DNA of 64,000 bases, taken from positions 62,372,001 through 62,436,000 of the forward strand of contig NC_087247.1 in assembly GCF_037042905.1 (NCBI RefSeq). Reading direction: 5' to 3'. Shown piece after piece: positions 1 through 13,824 of this stretch. The translations under genes and the position numbers were made by a program. This DNA comes from Lytechinus pictus. Its lineage: Eukaryota. A model generated the notes under the pieces. It was given only the letters and a program-made list of their open reading frames with translations, made no database searches and was not told the origin of the DNA. Numbering within the stretch: the stretch's first letter is position 1; each line of letters opens with the position of its first letter.

Positions 1-11
1 CTCATCAACAT
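1..11 (-). CDS. CUB/EGF gene exon, start of a calcium-binding EGF (DVDE...), truncated by window edge
   Basis: AG acceptor at 12-13; phase-1 join gives D-V-D-E, the cbEGF start motif seen in neighbouring exons. Confidence 0.75.
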
Positions 12-495
12 CTAAGATAAGGAAAGAATCAAGTTTAGAACAGTTAGCATACTTTTAAATATGTATCTTGTTGGGAAATAAACATAGCATTTGTTCTAAA
101 CAACTTGAAAAAAAAAAAAAAATTAACAAAAAGGCATACTTAAAATTAACAGTGAAACATGAGTCAATTCCTTTCTATAATTTCTATAAACAGGCATTTT
201 AATAAGTGACAGAAATACTCAATGATCTGCAACCTAGAAAAAATGCTACCAAGCTATGGAATGAAGATATCAAGTTCAAAAGTACCGTATACTATAACAT
301 ATTAATCTTTAATTTTTACTAGAGCATTGATAGATACTGATCGATAAGATGAAATTAATGAATATGCCATTCTGAATATTTGTTGTTCTTCCTCCATTTC
401 ACTCCACTTCTGTAGTGAGTCATAAGATAAATAAGGACAAAATAGCAGGGAATAACAACAGCATATTTCTTTGTGATAAACAGAATGTGTTTCAC

Positions 496-624
496 CTGAA
501 CAATTGACTCCATTGGATCCTAGATTATAACCAGCATGGCATGAACAATAGTGACCACCAAGTCTCTCATGACAAACTTGCTCACAGCCACCATTATCTT
601 CACGGCAACTTGAACCTATAGTCT
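496..624 (-). CDS. CUB/EGF gene exon, EGF-like domain 4
   Basis: ETIGSSCREDNGGCEQVCHERLGGHYCSCHAGYNLGSNGVNCS; 6 Cys; AG/GT ends, phase 1-1. Confidence 0.92.
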
Positions 625-1165
625 CTAGGAATATAAGAAATTATTTAAATGAAATTATGCATTATGTTAAATAACCTATACCATCTAGAAATATATTAAA
701 TATTCTCATCAAAATAATTCATTCAAAGAAAAAAAAAGGGTTTAAATCAGTGATCACATTTGTAATCCCTATCTTCATAGTGAAAATTTACAAGAATCAA
801 TGAAAGCATTATATTTTAATAGCTATACGATTTCAAACAGCCAAAATTTTCCAGATAAAACACTTCCCAATAAAATGCACTAATCATTTTCTGCAAGATA
901 TCTTTAGAACAATATGTTTTCATTGTTTGATGTTAAGGACTAAGAATATATGTGGTTTTCAAAAAGTCACATTACTGTCAAACACAACTCTCGGAATAGA
1001 AACATCCATTATTTGTCACAGTCAAATGAGTGATAATTCAAATTGAGTCAATGGAACTACATCAACATTCCATTGTAAGCAGAAAAAAAGTAAATTTAAT
1101 CAAGGTCTAAAGTATGGTCTAAACATCGTCATTTTGGAGTATTTTGTTACCCATTAGGACCTTAC

Positions 1166-1294
1166 CTGGTGAACAAGTACGTCCATCATGACCAAGGATA
1201 GATCCAGGTTCAGTACAACCACAATAGAATGAACCTCTTGAGTTAAAACAACTTTGTGAACAACCACCATTCTCAGTCAAACACTCATTCACAT
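1166..1294 (-). CDS. CUB/EGF gene exon, calcium-binding EGF domain 3
   Basis: DVNECLTENGGCSQSCFNSRGSFYCGCTEPGSILGHDGRTCSP; AG/GTAAG, phase 1-1. Confidence 0.93.
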
Positions 1295-1722
1295 CTGAAA
1301 GATGGAGAAAACATATTCAAATACAACAAAGTATATGATTAAATGCAATGCAATAAGAAAAATTACTACACAATCACTATATATGAATTCAAGAGCTTTA
1401 GATACGTTAACCCCACCAAAATCCTTATTGTTAATTTGGCATGTGAATGAGTACAAAATAATAAACAATGTGGTCAATTGTTCCTTTTTCACATTGATTT
1501 TAAAGATTATTTTCATTCAGACCTCAAATTTAATCATCACATATGCTTGTGCAAGAAATACTTGTGTATTTCAAGATATCAAATAGGGTGTTTAAAAAGT
1601 ATGATTTTAATTTTCATGGGGTGTTTGATATTCCAGATTTTTTGTAACTTTGAAATTCTTGACCAAAATGTTAAGTTAAAGAAATCTATTGAAAATATCA
1701 TAGAATGAAGTAACCATCTTAC

Positions 1723-1842
1723 CATCACAAGCCTTTCCATTGGTGGATACCTCAAAACCTAAGATGCATTCACATCGATAGGTACCTTCAAGATTTACAC
1801 AGATGTGTGGACAACTCTCACTTAGTAGGCATTCATCAATAT
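1723..1842 (-). CDS. CUB/EGF gene exon, calcium-binding EGF domain 2
   Basis: DIDECLLSESCPHICVNLEGTYRCECILGFEVSTNGKACD; AG/GTAAG, phase 1-1. Confidence 0.93.
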
Positions 1843-2323
1843 CTGAAAAAAGAAATAATCAAAACACATCCTTCAAACAATGGTACCTTTTGTAAGACAT
1901 ACACACACATTAAGTAAGGAAGATGTTTATAAAATGATAATACATTAATATTTGACTAGTATTGATAGCAGGTTTATCATGGTTTTATTGAAACCAAATT
2001 CCTTGTTAAAACAGTCAGGAAATTAATGAAAAAATACAAAGTTAAAATATTTAATAAAAAATTTAGGCCTATAGAAAAATAACAAAAAAAATCAATGTGG
2101 GAAACAAACAGAAATGGTTTATGATCAGGAAAGACAACCAAATTATACAACAATGTTATAAAAAAAAAAAAAAAAAAACTATAGAGAACAGGGAGAAGGA
2201 AGAGAAATGACATGGAGAGCACGAAAACTGATTAGTATTTCATTCTATCATCAAACAAAAATAGATCAAAGTTGAGACATTCCCTTGAGGAAAGCATCTT
2301 AGCTATTATTGTAATTTTCTTAC

Positions 2324-2464
2324 CAATACAGCCTTTTTGAGTTTCATCCAGTTCATACCCTTCTGGACATCCACATACTGCATTGCCATATCCATCTATA
2401 CGACAGTATTCACTACAACCTCCATTGTCTATCATACAGGGATCAGTAGCTGATGCATCAACGG
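2324..2464 (-). CDS. CUB/EGF gene exon, EGF-like domain 1
   Basis: AVDASATDPCMIDNGGCSEYCRIDGYGNAVCGCPEGYELDETQKGCI; CAG/GTAAG, phase 1-1; overlaps ORF-track 2232..2435. Confidence 0.93.
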
Positions 2465-3163
2465 CTGCAGGATAAACATGGATTCATTAATTTAATAAAT
2501 AGAACTACATTAATAACACAACAGCAGCAACAAAGACAACAACCATCAGCTACAATACTAATAATTATACTTCTGCTACTTTGATAATAGAATTAATGGT
2601 CCTGAAGCTATCAGAAATTAGGTAAAAAGCTGACTGAGTAGAAATCAAAATTAAAAAATAAATCCAATGAAAAATTTATTCAATGAGCAGGAAACTAATT
2701 CAGAAAGTTGCACTGTGACCATAATTTTTTTAAAGAAAATTAGTGGCTTGAAAAGGTCTACAAAAAGTTGTCAGCATGTAAAAGAATGGAGTCTAGAACA
2801 CAGAGACTGGTTTTCTTATCATTTATCTAATACTCTTTCAAAACTCAATTGAAGTTGTTCAAGACCACTTTTCCTGTCTTAATCATCTTTAATTCTGAGT
2901 CATCATCCAGATCTTGTCAGCATTTCAGGAGTACGTCTATCATCTCTCAAGAAGAGAAATACAATTTAAAGATCCCCCTCCTCCTCCAAAACAACAACAA
3001 ATTATGTGTCAACCAGTTTCAGTCACTGTTCAACATCCCTCTCAGTGCCATGTCCATTGTGTTTACATATTTCACAACACAATAATTTTGACTTGTGAAC
3101 CCCAAATTTTGCAATGTAATTTGAAATGATCAACAGGTGAAAAAATCTGGAGAGTCTACATAC

Positions 3164-3301
3164 CAATAGCTTCATATTCTAGCATGAATCCTTGACGTTT
3201 GACTGATTCATCGGTGACAAACCTTAACATCATGGTGTTACCAGTAGATACCAAGACACCAGGATCCTCCTCACCACAAAAACGCCCAATCGACTTTGAT
3301 T
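3164..3301 (-). CDS. CUB/EGF gene exon, second half of CUB2
   Basis: ESKSIGRFCGEEDPGVLVSTGNTMMLRFVTDESVKRQGFMLEYEAI; TAG/GTATGT, phase 1-1. Confidence 0.93.
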
Positions 3302-3612
3302 CTATAGAGAAAGATGAAGATCATTTAAATATATATGACATATCATCACTACATCACACCTTTTCAAGCATATATCATACCTTTGTGAAGAATGAAACTG
3401 ACACATATGATATCTCCTCCTCAAAGGTAAATGTCACTTTCACCTTTGCAATTACATGAAATGATACTTGAGTTTTTGACACAGAAATGATATAACACTC
3501 ATTATTAAGCAAATAATCACTGTTGATGAAGGTAATGGGCAAACTATTAAAGCTGGGGGTAGCTTCTGCAACGGGAACCACTATAAGCGAAGAAACCAAT
3601 ATCAATTATAGG

Positions 3613-4990
3613 CAGGCTCGTAGCCAGGGGGGGGGGGGGGGGCGGTCGCCCCCCCAAAAAAAAAGAAGGGAAAAAAGAGAGGAGAAAAGGAAAAGCGAAG
3701 GGAGGAAAGGGAAGAAAGGTAGATTTGTGGGTTTTTCTTTTTATTCTTTATTTTTTCTCAAAAGATAATCTCCTTCACTCTTGCTCTAAATTTATATAAT
3801 ATGAATTTTGCTTCCGCGCTGCGCGGGGTTAAATGACAATATTGCAGTTCTCCTTTGTTTTCCTCACCCTTTCTCTAACCCTGTTTTTCCATGTGTTTCT
3901 TGCCAGTTCAAGTTCAAATGTATACATGAGGGCATTAGGCCGAAGTGTATGAAGTTATCTGGGTTTTTTTTCTTTCAAATTGATCGCGCAACTTCGGGTC
4001 GGCTCTGGGCGGGTAAAATCTTTATATCAATTTCTGCCGTCACCTCCATATAGACAACTTCTCCCGCTTTTCAGCTCATTACTAAACAACCATAATTTGG
4101 GGGCAAACAAGTTCCTAATTTAAAAAGAGGAAGGTATAAAATTAGTGTCGTATTAAATATATTTTTTTAAATCAAATTCTATTAAACTTCATGTCATTTT
4201 CCTGCACATTCATCTCCTGACCTATTTTGCGCCCTTGAATTTGAAATTTTGAATGACACTTGAGTTTCTTTATCATTCAAAATGAAGCGCTTTAAGATAA
4301 GTCAAAGAAATTATACATCATCCTTTTTTATATAATTTCAAGAAATCACAGAAGTTTCAACTTTTTGCGCGGTATTTTCCTTGTAATGAAGTTCAATAAT
4401 CTTAGAAAATCAATTGAATTATAGCCGATGGGTAGGCTATAGAGATATCTGCATTTGATGAAACGTCTACCCTTTGAAATTTCAGAGTTTTGAATTGCTC
4501 TGCGCGGGGATAAATATCTTCCTCCCGGCATATACCCTTCTTTTCCTCTGTTTTGAAAGTTAAAGATATGCACTGTCGCTAAATTGTTTGTAATCAAATC
4601 TGATCTTTCCAAGGGAAGCATTCAATATGATTTAGAGAATACCCTTTTCTCGGGACCATTTTCTTTGCAAAAAATGATAAAAAGCTTTTGCTTCCGCGCT
4701 TCTCGCGGGGTAATTTTTATCTTAATTTTCTAAATTTTATCCCTTTTTTGTGCGTTCACAATCACTTTTGAAAACAATGTTCAAAATCACAATATAGTCA
4801 ACTGAATTGGAGCTGATATAGGTACTAGAGACAAGAGAGACGGCTCCTTTTTATTTTAATTTATGATACACCGAAAGCTTCGCGCGGGAGGGGGAAACTC
4901 CCCCTCCCTGCACCGCGCGCTCTGTAAGTGTTGGCACGCTTTGCGTGCATTTACCGCCCCCTCCAAAATGAAATCCTGCCTACGCGGTTG
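3613..4990 (+). mobile_element. Non-autonomous hAT-type DNA transposon (1378 bp)
   Basis: Imperfect TIRs CAGGCTCGTAGCCAGG / CCTGCCTACGCGGTTG; exact 8-bp TSD ATTATAGG; second copy at 45.9-47.0 kb. Confidence 0.88.
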
Positions 4991-6540
4991 ATTATAGGCC
5001 TACCTCTCTATATGAAGAATGTTGATTTTTTAAAATCAAGGTTTCCTTTGAAAAAAAACCCATTGAGACTATTATGATTGTTTAAAAAAAATGCATTGAG
5101 ACGATTATATTTGTTTTAATGCTAACGCATATGTAAACTATGCACAAGCATACAACATCTTGCTCCAGCAAGATTTATTGTGACCTCACAAAAGAATTTT
5201 ACCATTGCAACAATTCAGGGGCAATGCAATTTTATTTTGCGCAAAGTTTTAATGCTATCGCGTATGTACACTGCGCGCACTGATCTATATATTGCACGAT
5301 CGCCACTGCAGGTGATGGAGAAAGGTGGACCAAAAAAAATTGAGTAGCAGCAGTGACCTCTTCATTTCGTGCGTACTCAAACTAATTCATAACGTGTTGT
5401 GACCCTATTGGCTAAAAAAGATCAGCGAAACAAAAAAGATCCATCACTGTTACCAATCTTTAAGCAAGATTCTTATTATATGAAATATAATTAAATGATA
5501 TTAAAAAAAAGGTGTTCAAACTATGGATATCAGCATAACAGCTCAATTGAAATATGAAAATTAATATTTTTCATTTTGGAACCAGGTGGAACAAGCCTAC
5601 AAAATGATCAGGACAACATAATCACCACATGATTTTGAAAGTGTCTTTACATCAGAAAATGAACATCCTTACTTTGTTTTTATTTCCTTCACTAAGCTGG
5701 GCAATTACCAATTTACCTGCCAAAGTAAACTCAACAAATTTCCTAAACATTTACAAACAGGAACATGATACTTAACATCCCATAGCTTGAAGTCATAAAA
5801 ATAAATCCTGTTTTACAAAGAGGATTATGGCTCTTCTCAACACATCAACAGAGACTAATCATGTCTTTATATCAAAGATGTGGTTTGACATGTGCATGAT
5901 AGGTACGGATGTATGAATAAATGACTTCTCAAACCATGGCCATATAGAACATAAAAGAGAAGATTCATTTGTAGGTAAATGGTAATATAATATTACAAGA
6001 TGAATAACTAAAAGGCATAATGACTAATTTGATCACTCTTAATGCAGCTTTAAATTACTGAAATGAGGAGGTAGACAAAAGATGCAAGGACATAAGTTGA
6101 AGAGAGTATGTAAAATAACAAACATATCAAGGAGAGGTAGAATTGCATAAATGAAGAATGGATAATACAAAACAATAAGATTAAAAGGAGATGCTGCCCT
6201 ATTTATTGGCAAAATATCTGTTCAGGCCTTCGACATCAAAAACTTATACCATCCATTTACCTTGGTTAAAAATCTTATTATGTAAGAAACCTTTTATTTA
6301 TAATGAGGAAATCGATCAGAGAATATAGATCAACACCCCCCCCCCCATTATCAGTGGAGTAATGAGGGAAAATCTTTGAGGGGGCTGAGTTTGGATAAAA
6401 TTCAAGAATTAGCAAATTTGTATGTCTAATCTATTGTCTTGTTACAGATAGGTCTATAACTGACCACATATCAATGGAATCTCAATCATGATGAAGTTTT
6501 ATAATACTGTGGACATTCATTTACAACAAGTAATATAGTT

Positions 6541-6936
6541 TAGGGCCATTCTTGGTCACATGAGTGACCAAAATTAAGACAAATCTTGATTTCAATTTGT
6601 TATTAATCTAAAAATTTTAGAGATTTAGTAATTCAAAGGTTATATATCACTAACATGTTTAGTCAGCTATCATTTGGACATATTATTTGCCGTCTCTAAT
6701 ATGCAGGTTAAAGGTCAGAGTTCAAAAGAAGTGGGTCAAACGTGTGTGTGACTTCACACAGAAGCATGATTTTGAAAGTTTAATTTCATTTTGAAATTCC
6801 TGTGAATTTCAAAAAGAAATTCAACTCTCAAAATCATCATAATTAGTTATCAATCTCTGAAATTTTTAGATTCATAATTAATTAAAGTCCAGATTTGTCA
6901 TAATTTCGGTCACACAAGTGACCAAGAATGGCCCTA
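6541..6936. mobile_element. MITE with ~36-bp TIRs
   Basis: TAGGGCCATTCTTGGTCAC... / ...GTGACCAAGAATGGCCCTA; TSD unclear. Confidence 0.75.
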
Positions 6937-7039
6937 TAGTGAAATGTTTGGGGTCGACCTATAGCCCTAGCCTGCCACCCACCAGTATGTCAGCGCCCAT
7001 GAGGTACATCAAGATAAAAAGTAAAGTGAATTTACATAC

Positions 7040-7246
7040 CTGATGATGATCCATCTCTGATCTCCAGATAGTCATAGCTACAATATGCTGTACCCCCCTC
7101 AACAGAAAACGTTCTAAAACCTAGACGTATCACTTTGTGTCTACCAACCACAATCTTGAAGACACAGTTAAGATTATCAAGGTAGTTTCCTGGGTATTTT
7201 GGTGATATGATGGTACCCCTTGGACCAAAGAATGTCCTTGAGCATC
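7040..7246 (-). CDS. CUB/EGF gene exon, first half of CUB2
   Basis: GCSRTFFGPRGTIISPKYPGNYLDNLNCVFKIVVGRHKVIRLGFRTFSVEGGTAYCSYDYLEIRDGSSS; CAG/GTATGT, phase 1-1. Confidence 0.93.
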
Positions 7247-8034
7247 CTGGTGAAATATATATATATAAAAAGAATTATTAGAATTATCTTAACGGTAAAT
7301 TATAATAATCTTTGAAAAATCTTCACACCTGTCTTGCATAGCCCACGAACGTATTGTTCCCTTTAATTGCAACTACAGTGACTTGTACTTTTGAATAATG
7401 AGATGAAGAAAAGTTTTTAAGTATTTCTATTTCATTTATTTATTCATCTATTGATTATTTACATATTTATTTCACTATTATCATGATCATCATTTATTTT
7501 TTGAGGGGGAGTCTATAGCACTTATACTAGAAGCAGAGCTTAAATAGTGAGTCTATATTGTATCCTTGATTTTTTTATAGCAAGATAGTGATTCTCATTG
7601 AATTAAATTCCTGCATGAAGGATGAGTGAAGATGACAAAGAATCAGGGACAGTCCCTACATCCTATTAATGCATACATAATAAACAATAATATATGAACA
7701 TGTATACCTTCAAAGTCTGATTCCATTCTTGTTTTGTTTTTTACTATGATGGTAGTATTTGATAAAATTATTAGGTCACTCCATTCAAAAGGATTTTAGA
7801 CATTTCAAACAACTTTCTCCTCAGAACTATTCCTATGGACGTTTCTGAAGTTTTTAACAAGCAATAACTCATTTTTACGAGTATAAATTCCCATAATATG
7901 AATTAAATCTTGTTGATTAATATCAGAAAATTGTTTTTCAAAGCAACCCTAGAGTGTATCACAATATTGCCTTATAAAGTGTAAGAGGAGCATAATCAGA
8001 AGCCCTTATTTCCCTTACTTAACGTCACTATTAA

Positions 8035-8628
8035 AGGACAAGTCCACCCCCCAAAAAGTATATTTGAATAAAAAGAGGAAAATCCAGCAAGCATAACACT
8101 GAAAATTTCATCAAAATCGGATGTAAAATAAGAAAGTTATGACATTTTAAAGTTTGGCTTAATTTCACAAAACAGTGATATGCACATCCTGGTCGGTATG
8201 CAAATGAGGAGACTGATGACATCATTCACTCACTATCTATTTTGTACTTTATTATATGAAATATTCTAATTTTCTCCTCATTGTCAGGTGAAACAATGAT
8301 TAATTCCTCCCTGAACATGTGGAATTAGCATTGTTTAATAATATATGGTTCAGTCAGGTTGGTCCTTATTGTCAATCTGTAAAAAAAAGTATATAATATA
8401 TAATTCAAATTATTCAACAACAAAAAAGTGAGTGAGGGACATCATCGAATGTCTCATTTCCATATCACTGAGTTTTGCAAATCACTGTTTTGTTAAAATT
8501 AAGCGAAACTTTAGAATGTCATAACTTTCTTAATTTACATCCGAATTTTGATGAAATTTTCAGCGTTATGCTAGTTTGATTTATCTTTATTAATTCAAAT
8601 CAACATTTTTCTGGAGTGGACTTGACCT
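8035..8628 (+). mobile_element. Palindromic MITE at a TTAA site (Kolobok-like ends)
   Basis: TTAA|AGGACAAGTCCAC ... GTGGACTTGACCT; long imperfect inverted arms; inverted copy at 61365-61953. Confidence 0.8.
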
Positions 8629-10120
8629 GATAATTTGCTACAATGGAAGCTGTATATTAGATAAAATTATTACTATTTCAAGAGCAATACAATATAATGC
8701 TAGCTTTCTTGTGGACTGCAGGTCAATTCACATAGTTTAGCAGTTCGGTTAATATTGGTGACTACAGTTTTAACAAAAATTCAGCACATTTTTCCAAATG
8801 ATATCAATTAAGATGGTGATCTAGGTGAGAGTTAGATCAAAATAAGTTTTATTTATAAGTGTACTTTAAAGAGAGGAAGAATAAAGCCATGTTTTGACAC
8901 GCTTAGAGGTCGTTGACAATGGTAATTTTCTACTCTATTAAACATGCAAGAAGTATGACAAGCACATTGTTCAAAGAATTGTTTACATTCCAATCCAATG
9001 ACTGCTGCACGCAATCTTTAACCACAAATCATTCTGCTTTTAGTACAAAAGGTTATTTTCTACTTTCGCAATGTCCATCCATCAATATTGAATATTGAAG
9101 AATGACAAGATAAATTTATAAACTGCAGTCATTACATTTTCAACAGTCATTACAATTTCAAAAATAGAACTTGGTATTATACATTAACACATCTCTAAAA
9201 TTCACATAGTCAGTCATGACAAAGTTATTCAAAAGTATCTGGAAACAATGAACAGTGAAGGATAAAATATCAAAGATAACAGCATCTAGATATGATACTA
9301 GTCTAATATAAATTTATAAACTCTCTTTTAAAGCATCTAAATGATATACCTATTTTTAGTATTATATAAAGTTATAAACTCTTTTACTTAACAACTGTAC
9401 CCCCAATAAATCATTTAGCTTTGAATCTAGCTTCAGATAGACATCATGTATTTGAAGTTACCATAATAAAGCTTCTTGCAGTATTTCAGCTCAAAGATCC
9501 AAGATTACACAATCCATTAGAATTCTATTCATGAGGTGCCAAATCAAGAGCAAACAGTTTCCTTCAAAAGTGCTTTGCTTTCATACAGCTTCACAAGAAA
9601 CCACATGATACCCACACCAATAAACAACAAGAAGTTCATTGAACCCTCTTACTTTTAGTTAGTTTGGGGTTGACTGACAGATGGTGATTCCATTCAAATC
9701 TAATCAGCCAAAAAATCTTGACATTATAACAATAAGAGATGAATCATTTGTTATTTGGAGAGAAATTCTTAAAATCAAATAAAAAATAATCTCAAATATT
9801 GTTAGCTGGACAATGGAAAGTCGTACAATATTTCCTAGTTATTGGGACAGAGCTACTAGTTATCTTGTGTTTGTTTGAGAAAGGGAAAGAGCAGGAAGGA
9901 AGAAAGGAAACAAGTCAAAAGGCTAGAGTATAATGATTTCCTATGATTTGGGATATATAATGGTTACTTCAATTCATAAATATCAAACCCGCAGCCAATT
10001 AACTAAGAAATAAAACATCCTTCAACTTTATTGACCTCATTAAAAAAAATATTTGGAATTGCCTTCATGGACCAAATCAACTACCTCATTTGTGTAATAC
10101 AATAATTTGTGTAAGAATAC

Positions 10121-10293
10121 CTGTGCTGTAATTGGCACTGAATCCTAGTCTCTCTATAGATGAATCTGTGATGAACCTCACAAAGAGCATTTGAGATGTT
10201 GAAGTGATGGTTTGTGGTTTACTTGTTCCACAGTATTTACCAAGTAAAACATCTCTTGCACTTTCACCATCATATACCTCCACATAGTCATAA
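10121..10293 (-). CDS. CUB/EGF gene exon, second half of CUB1
   Basis: YDYVEVYDGESARDVLLGKYCGTSKPQTITSTSQMLFVRFITDSSIERLGFSANYST; CAG/GT, phase 2-1. Confidence 0.93.
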
Positions 10294-12909
10294 CTGGAAA
10301 GAAATAAGCAAAAAATGACATATAATGATAATAAAGAGTTTATGCAATTAATAATATATCTTTCTCAATTCAATCTGTGATTATCAGAAAATTCAAACAC
10401 ACTATTCTTAATATTAATTTTTTTTTGTGTAAAAAAAAAGAAACTTGATTATCGAAAACCTGTTTTTATAAAAACCTATTAAACATACCATATAACTATT
10501 TATATTTGTTTCTTCATAAAAACACAGGTTCAACAAGATGTATAGTCCATGAACTTTGTTTTTATTTTTGATATAAAAACAAGTGCCTATTTTCTTCACA
10601 CTGAACAGATGTAAAAGACCTCTAAATCACGTCATCAAATGAATGTTAAGTATCTTAACAAGTTTAAACCTGTGGGCATGTAGAGGGTCAATTACATCTC
10701 AAATTGAGTGCTCTATTTCAGGACGTTGGGGTTAAAAGCAGATGTAACTCATACAATCTCCATGCATCTAGATGGACCCGGATTCCACAGGTTCATAATC
10801 CACACTGACAAGTGAACTAGAAGTGAACTTCACCACCACTACCGATGGTATTCCACAACAATTGTAGCTAGCCCCGGAACCAGCTCTTCTCATTTCATAT
10901 CCTGCCTCACCAGACTCCATGTGGTCTACCCATTACTATTGTGATGAAAAATAGAAATACTCAGCTGAACTTTAAATCACAGCTATTAATTGATGCTGCA
11001 GGAATGCACATCTTTGCGTGTTACTAAAACTTGTGGGGACAGAAGTGGTGGTGGCATCTCAGCTTGACGGCCCTATCATAACACTATTTAAAGATATAAT
11101 TCCTGATATCAATGATGATGTAGCTCTGTACGTGGTAAGCCTAATAATCAGGTTTTTCAAAGTATACACTGTGGTGATACATTGTTCATAATGTAAGACA
11201 TCTGTTTACAGATTTATTTATAACACAATGGTACAGCACAACTTTCTTTAACCCCCCCCCCCCCGAAAACCTCTGGTTATTTGAGGAGCCCTTCATCTAT
11301 TAGTATGCATACAATCTGATATGGAATGATAATCGGTCAGATAAGTATTGAAAACTACTGTTAAGATGATGGTTTCTTTTAAAATCAAATGATTTATATG
11401 AGTTTGACCAACAGAAGAAGTATGGTTTAAAGAAGAAAACAATGGAAAACATTGAAGTATACACTACATATTTGATTGGTATATTTTTATTGGTATATTG
11501 CCTGTACATATTTTTTATAAGTCTTTACTATTCCCATGATGTGGAAAGCCTCTAAAAGAATTTTCACCCTCTTTTTCATGGAAGGGGTGGTGGGCTTACT
11601 TTCCAGTTTGGTGTTTTTGTGATCAATGAAGGGAAATTGAGCATGAACTATCTGGGACAGAGAAAGCCCTTTTAAATCACCAAATTAGACACATTTAAAC
11701 AAGGAAGTAAACACTTTTACAAGAACCACAAGTTTATTGGTCATTTCCAATAAAATTTCAATTACTTATCATATAATATCTTAAAGCTTGCTTGATAATA
11801 TAATACTGTCAGTGGCATCCATAGATAAACAAAACTTGTTACTTACAATATGTATATTTTATTCTTATTAACCCTAGAACAAGATATATCATAGCTAGAG
11901 ATAAAGAGGAGCACCCCAATTATTATTTTAAAAACAATTTTTATACTGAAAGGAATGAAATGATGTATCATTCCAGCTTCTACCATATCATTACCCTAAC
12001 CTAACACACAAAAAAAGATCATTCATAAAAAAATGAAGAAAAAGATGAATTTGTGTGATGAGATGACAGATAATGTCACATCTATTCAAACATAAGGTCT
12101 TTATAAATCCTGCCTTTTCTCAAGAGTTTTCTTTGAACATTTCTTGACAGTACAAGGAATAAAAATTGCCTTTTTTTTATATGTTATGTGATGCATTAAC
12201 ATACAATGGTCAATATATCCCCTCTCTAAATTCTGTTTTCACTTTAAATTAAAATAGAATTCTAAATTTAACTTTGAAATTGCATTAAAATTTATTTATT
12301 TAGATTTATTTCTAGAGATAAACTTTGAAAGTGTTCTCATCAAGGGCCACAATGCACAACGTTTCCAACCCCTTAAATGTCTGGTTGAAAGAAAGGGCTA
12401 TGCCACCAGTCAATGAATGCCAAGGCTATGTAATGGTCCTTTCCTTCCTATCTCTTTAGATCTTGGCACCTCTCCTTTTCACAGATCAAGAGAAAGGAAT
12501 TTATCAATTTCTGAGCTTTCTCTAGACATGGCAGCCAAGGAGGCAAACCATCTTAAACTGATTACATCTAAGATTTCCCAAGGTGATTTGGGAGATACAA
12601 TAAAGAAGAGAAAAATTGCATAAATGTCAAGAAAGCTCTCTCTATGCACAACATGGCTTCAATTTAACAAAGTTTGAAGTTCTGAATTAAGATAATACTA
12701 GAAAAATGTTTTGTGGTATATGTCTTTGATCACAGTTCATGAAAATATTCAACACACTTAGGTGCATTAACCTGTTGATGTTTGAATGTTCATTCCTGCA
12801 CACTCAGCACTGACTCTCACAGATAACATTCGGACAAATGTTCAGCAGGCTAGAGTATCAATAGGATAATCTGATCTAGTTAGTATTACTGTACATGTAC
12901 ATGTACATT

Positions 12910-13067
12910 AGCATTCATGAAAGGACTCGTGACCGGACAGTTTACCTGACAAATCCTGTTTTATTTGACAGTTTTATAGTAGCAGTGCTTCTCATCCTAT
13001 CAATAACAAGGAAAGTTGTCAGATCCAACAACCTGTTGGACAAGAATGTTGATGAAACGCTCCCCAG
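12910..13067. mobile_element. Short degenerate palindromic MITE
   Basis: GCATTCATGAAAGGAC...GACAG versus CTGTTGGACAAGAATGTTGATGAAACGCTCCCCAG imperfect inverted ends. Confidence 0.4.
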
Positions 13068-13657
13068 ATAAACATGTTGTCAGCCATAGTAAAGTATATA
13101 ACATAATCTTCAGAATAATGGAATACTGTCCAGGCTCATGAACTTGGCCCATATCTTCCAAGTAAGTTTATATCATCCTTGGACCTCAAATTCCCTTCTC
13201 AATTTATTTTCCCACTGCACTTTTATTGATCTGACAAGAATAGGACATCTTCAATATCCTAAAGGATAGCCAGTGATCAAACCTCTCAGACATTCATACC
13301 CCGTCTTAACAGACATTTTTCTGACTGCCCTTCCCCGATAAAAGCAGGGCGAAGGAAATCCCCCCTTTCTGTTAAGACGCTCCTACTGGGAGAAAAGCAG
13401 GACAGTGTCGGGAAGGATTTTTCCAAATTTCGGCCTGCTCAGACCAGGGTGGAAGCGAGGTAGAAAAACAACTCTACCCCGCTAACGCCCGGACGCATGT
13501 TCTGTTAAGACGCTATCAGGGTGCAGTCTGGCTGAAAAGCTCTCCCCCTCCCATTCCTTTCTCCTTTTCTCTATTTTTTCTCTCTCTCTCCCTCTTCATT
13601 TCTCTTCTCTTTTTCTTTCCCTCTCTTAAGCATGTTTCTTATTTTCTCTCTATTCTC

Positions 13658-13805
13658 TGTAACATCTGGAGATATTTTCCTTTATGTTTGTATATTGAGG
13701 AACACACTATTAAAAGACCAAAGTATGTATCTTGGAGTTGATGTTTATATGATGTATCTTGGAGTTGATGTTTATATGATCTGTTGGAATACACAGTATA
13801 TTTCA
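13658..13805 (+). repeat. 5' LTR
   Basis: TGTAAC...TTTCA, identical to 18970-19117; ATTAAA signal; internal 27-bp tandem duplication. Confidence 0.97.
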
Positions 13806-13824
13806 TGGTGGCTAGCGGTCGGAT
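13806..13824 (+). promoter_or_regulatory. Primer-binding site, tRNA-Leu-like
   Basis: TGGTGGCTAGCGGTCGGAT directly after the LTR; resembles the tRNA-Leu complement TGGTGGCAGCGGTGGGAT with one insertion and one substitution. Confidence 0.7.
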
